From Cyanophora paradoxa CCMP329 (lineage: Eukaryota; Plantae; Glaucophyta): a DNA stretch of 64,000 nt. Location of the stretch: assembly GCA_004431415.1 (NCBI GenBank), contig QPMI01000089.1, forward strand, positions 62,001-126,000, given 5' to 3'. Every line of letters starts with the position of its first letter. The first letter of the stretch is position 1. Positions 12,263-25,544 of the stretch are shown one piece after another. A model generated the notes under the pieces. The model ran no database searches, was not told the DNA's origin, and worked only from the letters and a program-made list of their open reading frames with translations. A program made the position numbers and the translations under genes.

Positions 12263-13389
12263 CAAACTTCACACAGATCACTCCCCCCCCTCCCCTTTCC
12301 CCCACATCCCCTCGCCCGCCCGCCTCCCCTTTCCCCATCCTCCGGAGAAGGATCCCCGCCGGCCTCCTTCTCCTTCTCGCACGCCGCCCTTGCACATGCT
12401 CTCCCACCTCTCTGCCCTCCAAGCTATAGGTCTCCTCCTCCACGCTCTCGATCTCTGTCCCTCCTCGCCCCCCCTTCGATTCCCCCCCCCCCCCCCCCCC
12501 CCCGCGCGCGCGCGCCTCACCTCTAGATCTCCTCCCACCGTGGCACTAGTACTAGTACTGGGCAGGTGAAGGAGGCGGCGCGGAAGGGCGTCGACGTCAT
12601 CAGCTTCACTTCTCTCAGAGTCTGCTCCCTCTGTTTTTCCCTCGCTCTAGATCTCTCCTTTCCCCCTCTCCTCTCCCCCGCGCTCTCCGTACGCGTCCCT
12701 CCGGATCCGCCACCCCCTCACCCTCCCCTGCCTCATTGCGATCGTCTCCCCGGGCAGTTCACCATACCCCCGCTCGGCCGGCCCAAGGTCCTCTCCCTCG
12801 TCCCAGCTTCTTCAAGTACTAGTGTTCTAACAGCTTTACGAGCAGCTCTTAAAGCTCCCCCTGCCCTGGCCGCCGCTTCAAATCGGTGCTCCTAGAAATA
12901 AAAATTAAACACCACATGCGTCCCGCTCATCGCCCCTGGCCCCCCCCCCCTCCCCACCACCGCCCCCCCCCCCTCTCCCCACCCCCTTACTACCGTACGC
13001 GTGGTACGATCCCCCCCTCCCCCCTCTCGGCCTCCTGCCGCTGATTGTCAGCTCCGCGACCAGCCCCGGGCGACTAGTACTGGCCAAAAATACCATGGCC
13101 AAATTAAAGATACCATGTATATGCGATCAGGCACCGGCAATTTTAATCGGCATTTGAATGGGAGAGGCAGAGATCTAGAGGACTGTCGGACGGGGAGGTC
13201 TCGAGCCACGATCGCGAGCTCGCTTCCGAGCTTCAGGTTTTACGCGAAGAGGGCGGGGTTGAGGCGGGCGCTCTCGCGCCCGCGGCCGCCCGGCGCCTGC
13301 CGGTCCTTCGCCTCCGGGGCGTCCCTGCCCGCCGCTCCCTCCCTCAAAGAATTTCAAAGGAGACTCTGAGAGCGGGTTCTCTGGGCAGA

Positions 13390-14454
13390 TGTAGATCTAA
13401 ATCTAGAGCGAGACAGAACCGTACCGGAAGAGGGCGACGTAGCGGGCGGAGGCGCGGCGGGCGAGCGCGAGGTGCTCCGCCTGGAAGCCGGCCGTGAGGT
13501 GGTCCGCCAGCGGCGCTAGGAGAACCACATCGTACGCCGCATACCTGCTCAGATCAGGTCAGATCAGATCAGATCAAAATTTGATCTGGATCGAATTCAT
13601 TAATTTTTTATAAATCGCGTACTTGACGAGGTCCTCGTCAAGGGGCCGCCGCTCCCAGAGCTGCAGGTCGGAATCGAAGCGGGCCGAGACGCTGTCCTTC
13701 AGCCGCTGCGCCTCCTGGAGGCCGCGCATGAGGCCGGAGTCCGCCAGCACGCGCTTGAGGCCGGTGACGTAGTCGGGGAGCCGGCCCCACTCGTTGCGCC
13801 ACTTCAGCGCGTTGCAGAGCTGAGTGTCGAGGACGTTTTGCAGCGCCACGCCGTGCTGTTGGTACAGCTGCGCGGACCAGGCGTTGGGGTCAATCGCAGG
13901 ACCGGGCGACTTCAAATTCGAGATAAATTCGAGTACTCAAAACCATCTATCCGCGCGCACCGCGTCGCTGTCCCGCCTGCAATCGTGGAAGAGTTTTTGC
14001 ACGGTCGGGTCGGCCAGGATACGGGCGAGACCCTGCGAAAATTCGAAGCAGTCCGAATTCGCGCAGTTCGAATTTCGCGCAAGGCCCTGATCATTAGTGC
14101 AGGCGAGGGCACCGTGGGGAGGCATCCGAGGGCGACGACGTCGAAGACGTACACGCGCAGGGACGGGTCCTCCGGGTCGGCCACCTGCTTCCCCAGGCCC
14201 GCGCGCGCGATCAGACCAAGGCCGAGGCCGAGGCCGAGGCCCGCCCCGGGGCCGAGGCCGCGCCTGGACGAGGCAGAGGCGCCCGCGGCGGCTGAGGTCG
14301 ACGCCCTCGCAGTCCACCGCGAGCCGCGCGGCGCCGTCTCCGCCAGGGCCGGCGTGTCGACCAGGTGGAACGTCCCGTCCGCGGGGGCGGAGAGCCCCCC
14401 GGGTTTGCGGGCGGAGACCACGCGAGCGCTGTAAACGCCGGCCATCCGAAGCAC
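13390..14454 (-). pseudogene. EXD1/Egalitarian-like DEDDy 3'-5' exonuclease, frameshifted near its 5' end
   Basis: Exo I LAVDCEG, GRLCLVQ, YVFDV, Exo II KLFHDCRRDSDA, VLDTQL, WERRPL..LVKYA/AYDV. A ~19-nt deletion near 14335, relative to the copy at ~56100, shifts the frame. Start and end approximate. Confidence 0.75.
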
Positions 14455-14790
14455 TAGTCGGGGCCCGCTGCGAAGCTAGTGCGTGCTGACTCGGTGCACC
14501 CGAGTCAGTCGACGTCACCTTCAGACTCGCTCGGAAATTCGACCGAAACCAGGGGACAAGTACTGCGTACAGCATAACTGAAGATCTTCTGAAGAGCATT
14601 CACTCTCCAATTCGAATTCATTTTTAAGCTTCAACCGCCTGTCAACTTTTGAGAAGCGAGAGGCTCAGATCTAGAGACTACAGCTATATGCCTCGATGTA
14701 ACGAAGAAGACGATTGAAGGTAAGCGATAAGAGATAAGATAAGACTAAAAATAAATTAGAGTCTACACGGACGAATCCGAAACGAGAGAA

Positions 14791-16499
14791 TCAGCCCTGC
14801 ACGTTGAGGGGCTTCGGGGCGGGCCGGGGCCGGGGCCAGGCCGCGTGGACGGCGCGGGCGAAGAGGGCGAGCCCGACGGCGGCGGCGGCGGAGAGGAGGG
14901 GGCGCTGCAGCCAGAAGGAGAGGTGCGCGGGGCAGTCGGAGGTCGACGCCCGGCGGGGCGCGGCCTGCTTCCCGTTGAAGGGACACTCGCCCCCGTCCGC
15001 CTTCACCGGCGGGTGCCCCGCGGGCAGCTGCGAGTCCTGCGGGGGGCGCGTAAGCGAAGGAAGGGCCGTCGGAGCGAATGGACGGACCCCGCTCAGGAGA
15101 CCGCCTGCGCCCTCCCCGGCCCCGCCCGCCGCCCAGGCCCCGGCCCCGGCCCCGGCTAGAGGCTCGATGGCAACGCGGACGAGGGGCGCAAGGGCGAGGA
15201 GGACGAGGAGGGCGAGCGCGGTGGCTGCGAAAGGACGACCCGTCCAGTAGGAGAGGTGCGCCGGGCACTGGGAGGAGGAGGCACCGCCCGCCCCGGCGGC
15301 CTTCGAGCCGCGGGCGCCGGCGCCGATGGCGAAGGGGCACTTGCCGCCGCCCGATGATGTCGCGGGCGGGTGGCCGGCAGGCAGCGCGTGCCCGTCCTCC
15401 TTTCCATCCTGCCGAGCGCGGACCGTCAGCAGCAAGCGCGTGCGCTAGCAAGCGATCAAATTCGAATTTGATCCGGGGCGCACCGGAGATCCAGAGGCCT
15501 TCTGCGCGTCCAGGATGCGGTCGCCCTCGAGGAGGATGCCGCGGTTGAGCTGGTACGCGGCGAGCGCCTCGCGCAGGATCGCGTCGCGCTGCCCGCGGGA
15601 GAGCGGCAGCGCGTCCAGCGCCGCGCGGTACTCGTTCTTGAACGCGCGCGGGTCTGCGATCTCGGGGAACTCGAAGAAGTCCGTCCCGCGCGTGCCGCGG
15701 CCGTCGCCCTCGCGCCCCAGAACCCGCCGTGCCGTCTTTTTCATCATCTGGCCGCCGCTCAGGTCTGCGGGCGCGCGCGAGGGGCGCATACGCGGCTCAG
15801 CACTCGGGCGAAATAGTGAGAGAATTCGAATTCGAAGCTCACCGCCGAGGTACCGCACGTACGCGTGCGCGATCAAAAGCTCCGGCTGCGTCATCGCCGC
15901 CTGCCCGGCGGCCGGAAGCAATCAGCGCGAGCGGAGAGACGTCGACAGGGAGAAGGAAAGGCCGGGCCGCTCGCGTGAATGCGCATGCATATGCACCTCG
16001 CGAATGCGGGAGACGTACTCTTCGCCCGAAGAGAGCGGCTGCACGGTGGAGCGCCAGTCGTCGCCCGCGAGGTGCCGAAGGTCGCTCTCGATGTTGGAGG
16101 CGCGCGCGAGCCTTGGGAAGTAGGATGCGGCGATGAGCGGGTTCTTCTTCTCCTCCGCCAGGGCCTTCAGCTCCTCCTCCAGCGCAGAGTAGACGCCGTG
16201 CATCGTGGCCAGCTGCGCAGGCGCCAAGAAGCATCTCGGAAACTGATCTCGCGCGCGGTGCGCGACGGGCGAGAGCTCACAATCCGCGCGTACAGCGGCC
16301 GAGACACCTCGCCGGCGATGAAGCGCTTGATGAACTGGGAGTGGGAGACGTCGTCGTGCACGGCTTTCGTGTCCCGGCGCAGCTCCTTCGCGAGGGTCGC
16401 CGCCCCCGAGCCCGCCGCCGCAAGTTCATCGGCGAAGCTTAAGGACTCGTACGCCACCGCAGCCGAGTCGTCAGCGCTCTGCTCCGCTCGTGCTGACAT
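14791..16499 (-). CDS. Heme oxygenase, membrane-anchored type, with duplicated C-terminal CP-motif + TM module
   Basis: LRRDTKAVHD (proximal His), VYSALEEEL, YFPRLAR, LLIAHAYVRYL(G)DLSGGQ, FFEF..FKNEYRAALDAL. Several short introns. Confidence 0.93.
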
Positions 16500-17391
16500 C
16501 GCTGACGCGTGACGCGCGGCAGCAGCGGGATTGGGCTGGGCTCCGAAATCTCAGCTGGTCAGAAGAACGCGTGTCGCGTGCGCGCGTGCCCTTCGCGCGT
16601 CCGGTCGCGGGGCGCCGAGCTGCTCGTTGCAACGCTGGCTGATTGGAGAGAGCTGCGCGCTCGCGGTTTCAGGTGCTGCTGCTGGTCCGTCGACGTCGTT
16701 TTGACTTGTAGCCCCGACTCCGGGGGTAGAGGGCGCGACGAGGGCCGGGGGGGGGGGGGGGGGGGGGGGGGGGAAGGGGGCGTCGGCAACGTGAAGGGAA
16801 GGGGGCGCACCCCATGGCCAGGCGCGCCTCCCGGAATCCGAGGCTCAGGGCCTTGCCAAAGTTGCGCGCGATCGAGCTCTTGATCAAAACGTTTACGTAT
16901 ACGTTAGCACAGAATTCGAAGCTCGCGCGCATATATGCATTGCCCGGCCGCGCGCGGACCGACGTCGACGTCGACCTTGACCTTGGCGGGGGGGAAGATT
17001 ATATTAATTGATATCGATATTGCGCATGCGCATGCCGGCCTGCGACTATCAATTAATGATGCCGTACATCATCGTCGATTTTGATTTCACGTTCCATTAA
17101 TTATAAGTTAAGCTTATCTGCGTTCCTTAGGTAAAGCTTAGTAGTACCGCACTTCCTAGCGAATCCTACTAGGCTAGGCGTAGACTCTGAGACCTAGGCC
17201 TGTTAGAACAAGAAATTCCTGTCGGAACAGCTGCAGGCCTGTCCTACGGCGGGGCTCTTCAAGCTGCAACGTTAACCTTCTTAGCTTCACTGACTGACTT
17301 CATCAACTGCCGCTTTCCCAATTCTTGCGAACCTCCGGTAATCTTCAACTGCAGGGCATATATACAGCCGGATCGCGGCCGGCGGCCAGCG

Positions 17392-20300
17392 CTATGCGAT
17401 GGCGGGCTTGGAGGCCCCCGCGGGGCGGCGCCTGGCGGCCCCCTCCTCCTGCATCGGGTCCACCAGCACGAACAGCTCCAGCTCCACGATCTATTTTTAG
17501 GGGTGGGTGAGGGACGGAGGGGGTACAGTCGCGGGGGATGGGGGAGGGGGGTACCTGGAAGTTGAGGGAGGCGACGCCGGGCCCGCAGAGGGCCGGGCTC
17601 TTGTACGTCTCGTTCCTGCAGAAAGAAATCATAAGCTTAGGTGTAAATTTCTAAGGAACCGATAACAGAAACAAAGCTGAAGGGCGGACGGGAAGGAGGA
17701 GGCGCCGCAGAGGTCGCCTTGGATCTCCAGCGCGTAGCTCGCCCCGTCCTCCCTGCCTCCGCGTTGGGGCGGGAACCAGTAGCGAGGGGGCGGAATAGTA
17801 CGAAAGGGGCACCCGCCGGAGCCGATCTGGAGGGCCTCCCAGGAGGCGCGCTGGTAGGGGCCCGTGACGCCGGGCTCGCCGGTCTCCGCCCCGGACTCCT
17901 CGTGGCTCGCGGGCACTGCGAACGAAGCGGAGAGTAGCCCCCCCGAGGCCCGCTTCTTGGACGCGGGCCAGCCGGGGACGGCGGGGTACGCCCGCGCCGG
18001 GCCGGGCTGCTCAAAGCTCAAAAGCGGACAGAGAGGGAAAGAAAGCGGAGGGGGCGCCTCAAGGACGAAGAGGAAGTTGTCGCGGGAGCCGTAGTACCGC
18101 TCGAAGCTGATCTGCGCGGCGGAAAGGGGGAGGCTGAGGCCCGGCGCTCGCTTGCAATCGTAAAATGAGATCGTCAAAGCTCACCCGCCAGAGCTCGGGG
18201 GAGAAGAGGCCGAGGACGCGGCCGCCCCCGGTCTTGAGGAGGAGGAGCGTGGGCCGGCGCGCCCCGTCCTCGCGCTCCCCGCCCCGCATGAACCCATACA
18301 CGTCCGCCCCGGCCCCGGCCCCGCCCCGCGCCCGCGACGCCGCCCGCTGCAGCGCTGTTTGAGAAGGGAGGGAGGAGGGAGGGGGGTACGGGGTCCTCGC
18401 CTGCTTCCGGAGGAGGGTGCGGAGGGAGCAGCCGTGGTGCCGGCAGGAGAAGGCGAGGCGCCAGTCCCGCAGCCGGTCCCGCTCGGGCAGCAGACGCCAG
18501 AGCGACTCGACCATCTCGTAGCGCACGAGGATGGAGGAGGGGAGATTTCGCGGGTCGAGCCCCGCGGGGGCCGGCTGGGGCGGGAGCAGCCGGGGCCTGT
18601 GGAAGGGCGCCGGGGGGCGCGTCCACGCGTCCACGACGGCGAGGAGCTTGCGCGGGTCGGCGCGCGCGGCGGCGCGGAAGGCGTCGACGGCGCCCCGCGT
18701 CGACATGCTCTTCCACGCGGCGGCGGCGAGGGCCGGCGGGGCGGCCGACGCCGCCGCCCTCCTGAACGCCTCGAGGAGCTCGTGGGCGGGGGCGGCCTTG
18801 GGGCGGGCGGAGGAGGCGCGGGCACGCTCCTCGCCGAGGCGGAGGAGGGCGAGGGCGGCGCGGTGGAGCGCCTTGGCGCCCTCGCAGACGGCCGCGTCGA
18901 GCGCGTACTCGGCCGTGGCGAGGGGTACGTGCCCCAGGAACGCCGACTCGAGCCACGGCCGCAGCAGCTGCGCCGGCTCCGCCCCCGCCCCCCGCAGCAC
19001 TGCGGCGGATCAGGCGCGTCGGGGGCGGGCGGATGGAGGGGTACGCGCACGGGACACGGCGCCGGGGGCGTGCTTCTCGGCGAGGGGTACGGCGGCCGCC
19101 CACGAGAGCGCCGCGGAGGACCTGTCGAGAGGTGAGGGGGGGTGGGAGATGAAGCGGGAGGGAGGGGGGTACCGGGAGGTGTCGAGGAAGCGGGAGCGGG
19201 GAGGGGGTACCTCGCGGGATCGGTCCAGGAGGGCGCATGCGGCGTAGTACATTTCCCGCTCGCTCAGCACGCGCGCCAGCAGGCAGACTGGGGTACGGCA
19301 AAGGTTCGAGGGGGAGGAGGCGGTGGGGGGTATACGGGAACGAACGGATGGCGGGGAGGGGCGCGCAGTAGACGGCGTCGGGCCGCGTCATCGCGATTAC
19401 GATCAGGAGCCGCCGCACCTGGCGCGGGGGGGGGGGGTACAGTGAGAAGAGGGGAAGGGGCTGGAAAGGGGTGGGGGTACGGCCCGCGCGCACCGACTGG
19501 ACGGCGGGCGGGGCGAGCTCGGCGAGGGCGTCGTACCCCCCCGGCACGCCCCCGGGGGCGGCCTCGGGGGCGCCGAAGGAGGGTACGGCGCAGGCGGGCC
19601 CGTAGGGGGCGCCCGGCCCGAACGTCTCCCTTAGCGCCTCGTCGTAGGCCCCAGGGCGCTCTTTCATCATTCGCGCCGCTGCCCCCGCGGCTCAGGCGGA
19701 GCGGAGGGAAGGGGGGGGGAAGGGAACAGGGGGGGTACCGCCGGACATGCCGAGGAGGGCGGGGCGGCGGGCGTGCGGGGCGAGGCCGGCGCGCACGGCG
19801 GGCCGGTGGGCCTCCGCCAGGAGAGCCGGGTCCCCGCTCGGCAGCGCCTCCTGCGGGCCCTCCTCCTGCGCGACCTTAGGATAAGGGGGAGGGGGAGGAG
19901 GAGGGGGGGTACGTACGCCGCTGGTGACGGACGTGATGCTGCAGACGCGGGGCACGTGCGCGGCCGCCCCGCAGAGCTGCCGCCGCCCCCGTTCGAATCC
20001 GCGCCGGGTAGATAGAAAGAAAGATAGGGGGGGGGGTACCACGAGGCGGAGGAAGCCGGCGCGGGCGCCGCCGGGGGAGCGGAGGCGTAGGGCGCGGTCG
20101 AAGGGGCGCGGGAAGGCATCCGCCGCCGCCCCCAGGTCCACCTCCGCCTCCCCCAGGGGTACGCGCTCCCCGCGGGACCCGTCCTGCCCCGCAGTAAGAA
20201 GGGGGGTGGGGGTGAAGAGGAGGGGAGGGGCGCACCCCGGCGGGGAAGACGCGGAGGAGGAGGGGGGGTACGGGCCCCTCGGGCAGCGGGAACGTGAGGC

Positions 20301-21542
20301 ACTGCGCGAAGACGGGCGACGCGGTACCCCAGACGGTCTGCGGCGGATTCGTAAGAAAAAGCTCGGAGGGGGTACGGGGTTTGGGACCTTGGTGGAGCCG
20401 GCCAGGGCGCCCAGTCGGACTTCGATGTAGAGCCCTACGCGGCGGTTAAAGCTGAAGGAGGGGGAGGAAAGAGGGGGGTACACCTCCCGGGACGTCGGAG
20501 GCGGCGCCGGGGGGCGGCCCCGGGAGCGGCAAATCCGCGCCCGCCAGCACCGAGACGTACGCGTACCCCGCCCCGTGCACGCCCCCCGCCGGCCCCTGCG
20601 CCGCAGCCGCCTCCTCCTCGTCGTCCTCTTCCCCCAGGCCGTCGTCGAAGGGGATCGGCGAGGCGCGCGCGGTACCCGTCCGACCCAGGGACCCCTCCCG
20701 GCGCGCCACGTCCTTCAAAAGAAAGTCAACGCGAGCGAGCGCGCGGGGAGGGGTACACCCCCGCCGCACCTCCTCGGAGTCGACCTCGAGGATGATACGG
20801 ACGCGGGCGGCGGCGGCCGCCGCGCCCTTCTCGCGCTTCCTGCGGCTCTTGGCGAAGGAGAGGAGGCCCGAGGCCTGCGGGGCCTCCAGGGGTACCGCGC
20901 GGTCCAGGGCGCCCTCGGGCGTGAGCAGGGCAGCGAGCAGCGGCACGCGCGCCGTCCCCAGCGCCTTCCCCGCCGCCAGATGCGCCGTCAGCACCAGCGC
21001 AGACTCGGCGGAGCCGCGCCCGTACGTAAACTCGAACCGCTGCGCGCGAAAGGGGCGTGAGCGGCGCTCGTCCGCAGAGTTTAATTTGCGGCGCGCGCGC
21101 TCGCCTCGCAGAAGGTCGGGTCCCCGTCCCTCTGGACGACCCGCGTGCGGGCGCGGCCCTTCTCGCCGGCCTCGACGGCGCTGGCCGAGCAGCTGACGGC
21201 GCCGGCGCCCTCGAGCCGCAAGGCGAAGTAGACGTCGGGCTCCGGCGCGCCCGCGAGGGCGTCCAGTCGCTCCGCAGAGGCGAGGAAGACGGTGGCGCGC
21301 CCCGCGGCCGGGACGGAGGCCTCGATGATGTCCTCCGCGCTCCGCTCCCTGCCCGTGGATCCGCGCAGCGCGTACGCGTCGACCACGCCGCCCTCTGTGA
21401 AGTCGAAGTCGGCGTCGCCGTGGAACGCCGCGGCCGAACTCGACTGGTAGCTCCGGCGCCGCTCGAGGGAGGACGAGGAGAAGACGAACGGCAGGAGGAG
21501 AGGTATCAGCTCCGCCGACGTCTTCCCTGCCGGCTCCGCCAT
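17392..21542 (-). CDS. C2-C2-TBC(Rab-GAP)-TLDc protein, TBC1D24-like core, multi-exon
   Basis: C2-like ATVFLASAERL..DVYFALRL..RTRVVQRDGDPTF and AYVSVLAGADL. TBC-like VRAGLAPHARR, YCAPLP, EGAKALHRAALALL. TLDc WRLAFSCRHHGCSLRTL, GRVLGLF, YYGSRDNFLF, QIGSGG, IVELELF. Confidence 0.85.
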
Positions 21543-21877
21543 CCGCACGGCCCGGCTGAATCTCTAGAAAGCTGCAGTCAAAGCGCGAGCAGTCCGGGCG
21601 ATCCTGGATCACGAGCTACGAAGCGCTCGGATGAAGACTGATCTGCAATATCGTGCAGCTCTGTCGCCCGGGCGCGCGCCGCCGACCGGCGGACGGGCGC
21701 TTTGCCGCTTGAAGCTGATCGGACGCCGGTCAGTCGGGTTGCGCCAGCTGCGTCAGCCGGGATGCGCCGGCGCTGCAGACTCCACATCCATCGTCGCCAG
21801 AGCTCAGCTCGACCGGCCGGCCAGCAGATGCGCCTATCCAGGGGTACGCTGCGCTGAATTGCAGAAACCTTAGCTAG
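21543..21877. promoter_or_regulatory. Short divergent (bidirectional) promoter region
   Basis: The inferred start codons of the TBC-TLDc gene (-, 21542) and SET gene (+, 21878) are 335 bp apart, head to head. Confidence 0.5.
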
Positions 21878-24703
21878 ATGGGCAGGAGAGCGTGCCTCGC
21901 GCTGCTGGCGCTGCTGGCGACAGTGCTATGCGTCAGCGCACAAGCGGAGCTGTCGGAAGGTCGGCCGCTAGCACTTCCCGCCTTTGCCATCCTGGCGTCT
22001 TGCTCGATGTGGCTCCGCGGCTGACGCCGACGTCCGCGCTCGTCGTAGTTGAGAAGGAGTCGCTGACGACATTCGGCCAGTGGCTCGCCGGAAATGGCCT
22101 CGGTGCGGCGGGCGGCCGTCGCCGGTGCCCGCGGTGGCGTACTCACGCTCAGAGATGCAGGCGAGCACAACCTGAAGATAGCAGCGATGGGCGGGGACCA
22201 GGGCCGCGGCATCTACTCGACCCAGGACATCCCGGTGCGTTCAAAGCGCGTCGAGCAACCGCTCCGGCGGCTGCGGCCGCTTCCGGTCCATGAGAGACGC
22301 GGATGCTCGTCGCCGCGTGCTGCGTGTCGCCCGGGCGGGGAGCCGTCTCACCCCGTGCTTCCGCCGCTCCGCAGGCCGACAGCGTCATCCTGTCAATGCC
22401 CTTCAAGGCACGCGGCGCCTTCCGTTCCTTTTCTTTCCTTTCCTTTCCTCTTGTCCCGCTCACTGCCGCTGCAGTTCCTCATCACGACGCGCACGGCCGT
22501 CGAATCAGACATCGGCAACGTACGCGTCGCGTCCTCCCGCCGCCCAGCGCCCGCCTGCCCCGCGCTCCTCTGACGCACCGGTACCCGGCCACAGGTCTTC
22601 AGGCACGCCTCCGCTACTCGCGCGTGCCCTGACCGCGCGCTCGCGCCTGAGCCGCCGCTTTCGCCGCAGCGACATCCCGGACATCAATCCGATGATCACG
22701 CTCGTCGTCTACCTCATGTACGAGCGCCACAACCCCAAGTCCAACTTCGCCGCCTACATCGATATCCTTCCCGCCGCCTCCGCCCCGCCCGCGCCCCGCC
22801 CCGCGCCAACCCGCCCCGCCCCGCGCCGGGCGGTTTCTTTCGCCGCCGCCCTTGACGCACTCTCGCACCGACCCTTCCCAAGAGCTTCGAGACGACCGTC
22901 TTCTGGACGAACGACGAGCTGAACGAGCTCCAGGGCACCGCCCTCCTCAGTCCGTACCCCCCTCCGTGACCCCGCCGGCCTCGATCCGACCCCGTACCCC
23001 CCTCCCGGCAGCCTTCACGCTCCGGCGCCAGGAGCAGCTGAAGAGCGACTACCAGCGCCTCTTCCCCGACCTCCTCTTCAAGGTTCGCCGCACCCCCCTC
23101 CGCCTTCCCCCCCGTCCCCAAGAAAAGAACCCTGACCGCGGACCCGCAGCTGTACCCCACCGTCTTCCCCGCCGACAAGTTCACGTGCGTGCGGGGGCCT
23201 ACGTACCCCTTAATCCTCCTGCCCCTGCCTAACACCTCCCCTCCCCCCCCCCTCCTCTAGGTTCGAGGAGTTCCAGTGGGCGACGTCGGTCGTCTGGAGC
23301 CGCTGCTTCCTCTTCAACGTGGGCCAGGACTCCGTACCCGTCCTCATCCCCCTCATGGACATGTTCAAGTGCGCCCCTCCGCCCCCCCTTCTCCTTACAT
23401 ATCTCACGCTCCTTATTCTTTCGACTTCGTTCGCAGCCACGCGAACGCGGCGACTTCGTTCGAGGTGGACGAGGCGAAGCAGGAGTTCCGCCTCCGCACC
23501 GCCGCCGCCGTCCCGAAGGAGACCCAGGCGCGCGTCCCCCCCTCTGTCCTGCCACCCCGCTCAGATCTGACCCGCGCGGCTCAGATCTTCGCGAACCTGG
23601 GGAACAAGTCGAACGCGCACCTGCTGCTGAACTACGGGCACATGCTGCGCGCCAACGAGCACGACACCGTTCTCCTCAACATCATGCACTCCCAGGTCCG
23701 CCGGGCTAGGTAGGGAGGGGCGGCCCGGGGGGCGGCCGGGCCGGAACGAGGGATCTAGATGCACTCCCGCCCAGGTCCGCCTTGCGCCGAAAGGGGTTAG
23801 GGGCCGCTGGCTAGAGCCGGCGTGCTAGCGCCTGGGCGGACGGAGAGAGGCTAGGGCGAGGGCCCCGCAGGCGGCTTCGGAGGCCTGCGCCTGCGACTGG
23901 GAGGAGACCCTGCCCGCCTCTCCTATCGGGTCGCCTAGTGTCTCCGCCTGCCTGCGCCTAGCGGGACCTGGATCGCCCGCCCCCCGTACCCCCCCGCTGA
24001 GCCCGGCCCCGGGGGGTACAGGAGGACCTTTTCTACCACGCAAAGTCCCGGATCCTGGAGGCCGGCGGCCTCGCCTCGGGGAACCAGACGTACTACCTCC
24101 GCTCCGACTCCCTGCCCGAGGCCATGCTCCAGACCATGCGCGTCCAGCTCATGAAGGCATCCTTTCTTTCTCTTTCTTTCTCTTTCTTTCTCTTTCTCCG
24201 TCTCACACTTCGTTCGCAGCCGGCGGACTTTGAGAGGGCGCAGCGGGCGCTCAAGGGGCCCGTCTCCCTCGCCAGCGAGCTCGAGGTCAGATCTGATCTG
24301 ATCTGATACGATCTGATCTGATACGATGCGATACGATTGAATCTGATCTGATTTGATTGGGTCGGGGCGCAGGTGTACAGGCAGCTGATCGCGGCGTGCA
24401 ACCACCTGCTGCGGCAGTACCCCACGACGATCGAGGCGGACGCCGAGCTCCTGCGGGGCGAGCTGCCGCCCCGCCGCCGCGCCGCCGTCCAGCTCCGCCA
24501 CGACGAGAAGGCACGCAGCCCCGAAGCCCGGAGCCCAGAGCCTTATTTGAATTTGAATTTGAACCATTCCGGCGCAGGTGATCCTCGTCAGGACGGTGGA
24601 GATGCTGGCCCGCCGCTGGTCCACTTTCCTCATCGACGGCTTCGACGAGTCCGCCGCCGCCGCCGCCCCCGCCGCGGCCGCCGCGCCCGCAGCCTCCCCG
24701 TAA
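21878..24703 (+). CDS. Rubisco-LSMT/SETD3-type SET-domain protein with predicted N-terminal signal peptide, multi-exon
   Basis: GRGIYSTQDI, FAAYIDILP, FWTNDELNELQGT, WATSVVWSRCF, LIPLMDMFNH, NKSNAHLLLNYG, substrate-binding domain LLRQYPTTIEAD..LRHDEK. N-terminus MGRRACLALLALLATVLCVSA. Confidence 0.9.
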
Positions 24704-25544
24704 CCCGCTCCGAGCCACCATACTTCTAAGGACCCTAACCATACTCTTTATGTAGGCAGCCGGCGCCCGACCCGCGGGCGCCGGACCCTATTGAACTCTA
24801 TCAAGACAACACTGCTTCTGCGCGTGCGCTCTGGGCTGGAGAGCCTGCGTACGCCGCGTTGGCCGATGGGCTGGACGCTGGCCGATACATCGCGGCCGGG
24901 CTGCAGCGCTAGCTGATCATCATGACGCGCCACCGAAACCGCAGCGCCGAAAGCTGCTGGTATACCCCAGAGAGAGAAAAAAAGCCGGACACCCGCGCGA
25001 CCTGTCAGCATGCTCTAGGCGCCTCGAGCGTCCTTCTGTAGGGAGGATTCGCTGCCGCTGCAGCCCCGCGAAGGCAGCTGCGGCGGGGCGGTGCCACGCG
25101 AGCACCTGGGTGCTCCAGCCGAGCGCCCCGTGCTCGAGCGAAGCGCCTAGGCTCCGTAGCAGCGTTTAGGCAGGCAATCTGCGCCCCCACCGTTACTACG
25201 TGCCAGCAGCCGCGAGCAATCGAACTTTGAAACCAGACCACGCGGGCCCGAGGAGGCCGTGCGGGAGCGCTCAGTACCGCCACAGCTGTGCAATCGGCGA
25301 ATCAAGCGCTTTGGCGAGCGTACGCTGCTGTCCGGGGCGCTTCGCGGCTAACGTCCGGGGACCGAACGGCGCCACTAGGGCAACACTCGAGAAGGCCCTG
25401 CGACTACCAAACCCCACCACTCTACATCGCGCAGGTGCGGCGTCCGCCCGACGCAGTCAACCCGCTGGCGCCGGGCACGCGCCGCAGCGGACAGCTAACC
25501 GGGGCGCGCACGCAGGCTAGAGTCGGAGGCCGCGCGGATCCGAG

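Noticed and set aside
12560-12790. Exon-like bits VKEAARKGVDVISFT / FTIPPLGRPK
   Set aside because: Too short to assign; possibly another captured fragment, but unsupported.
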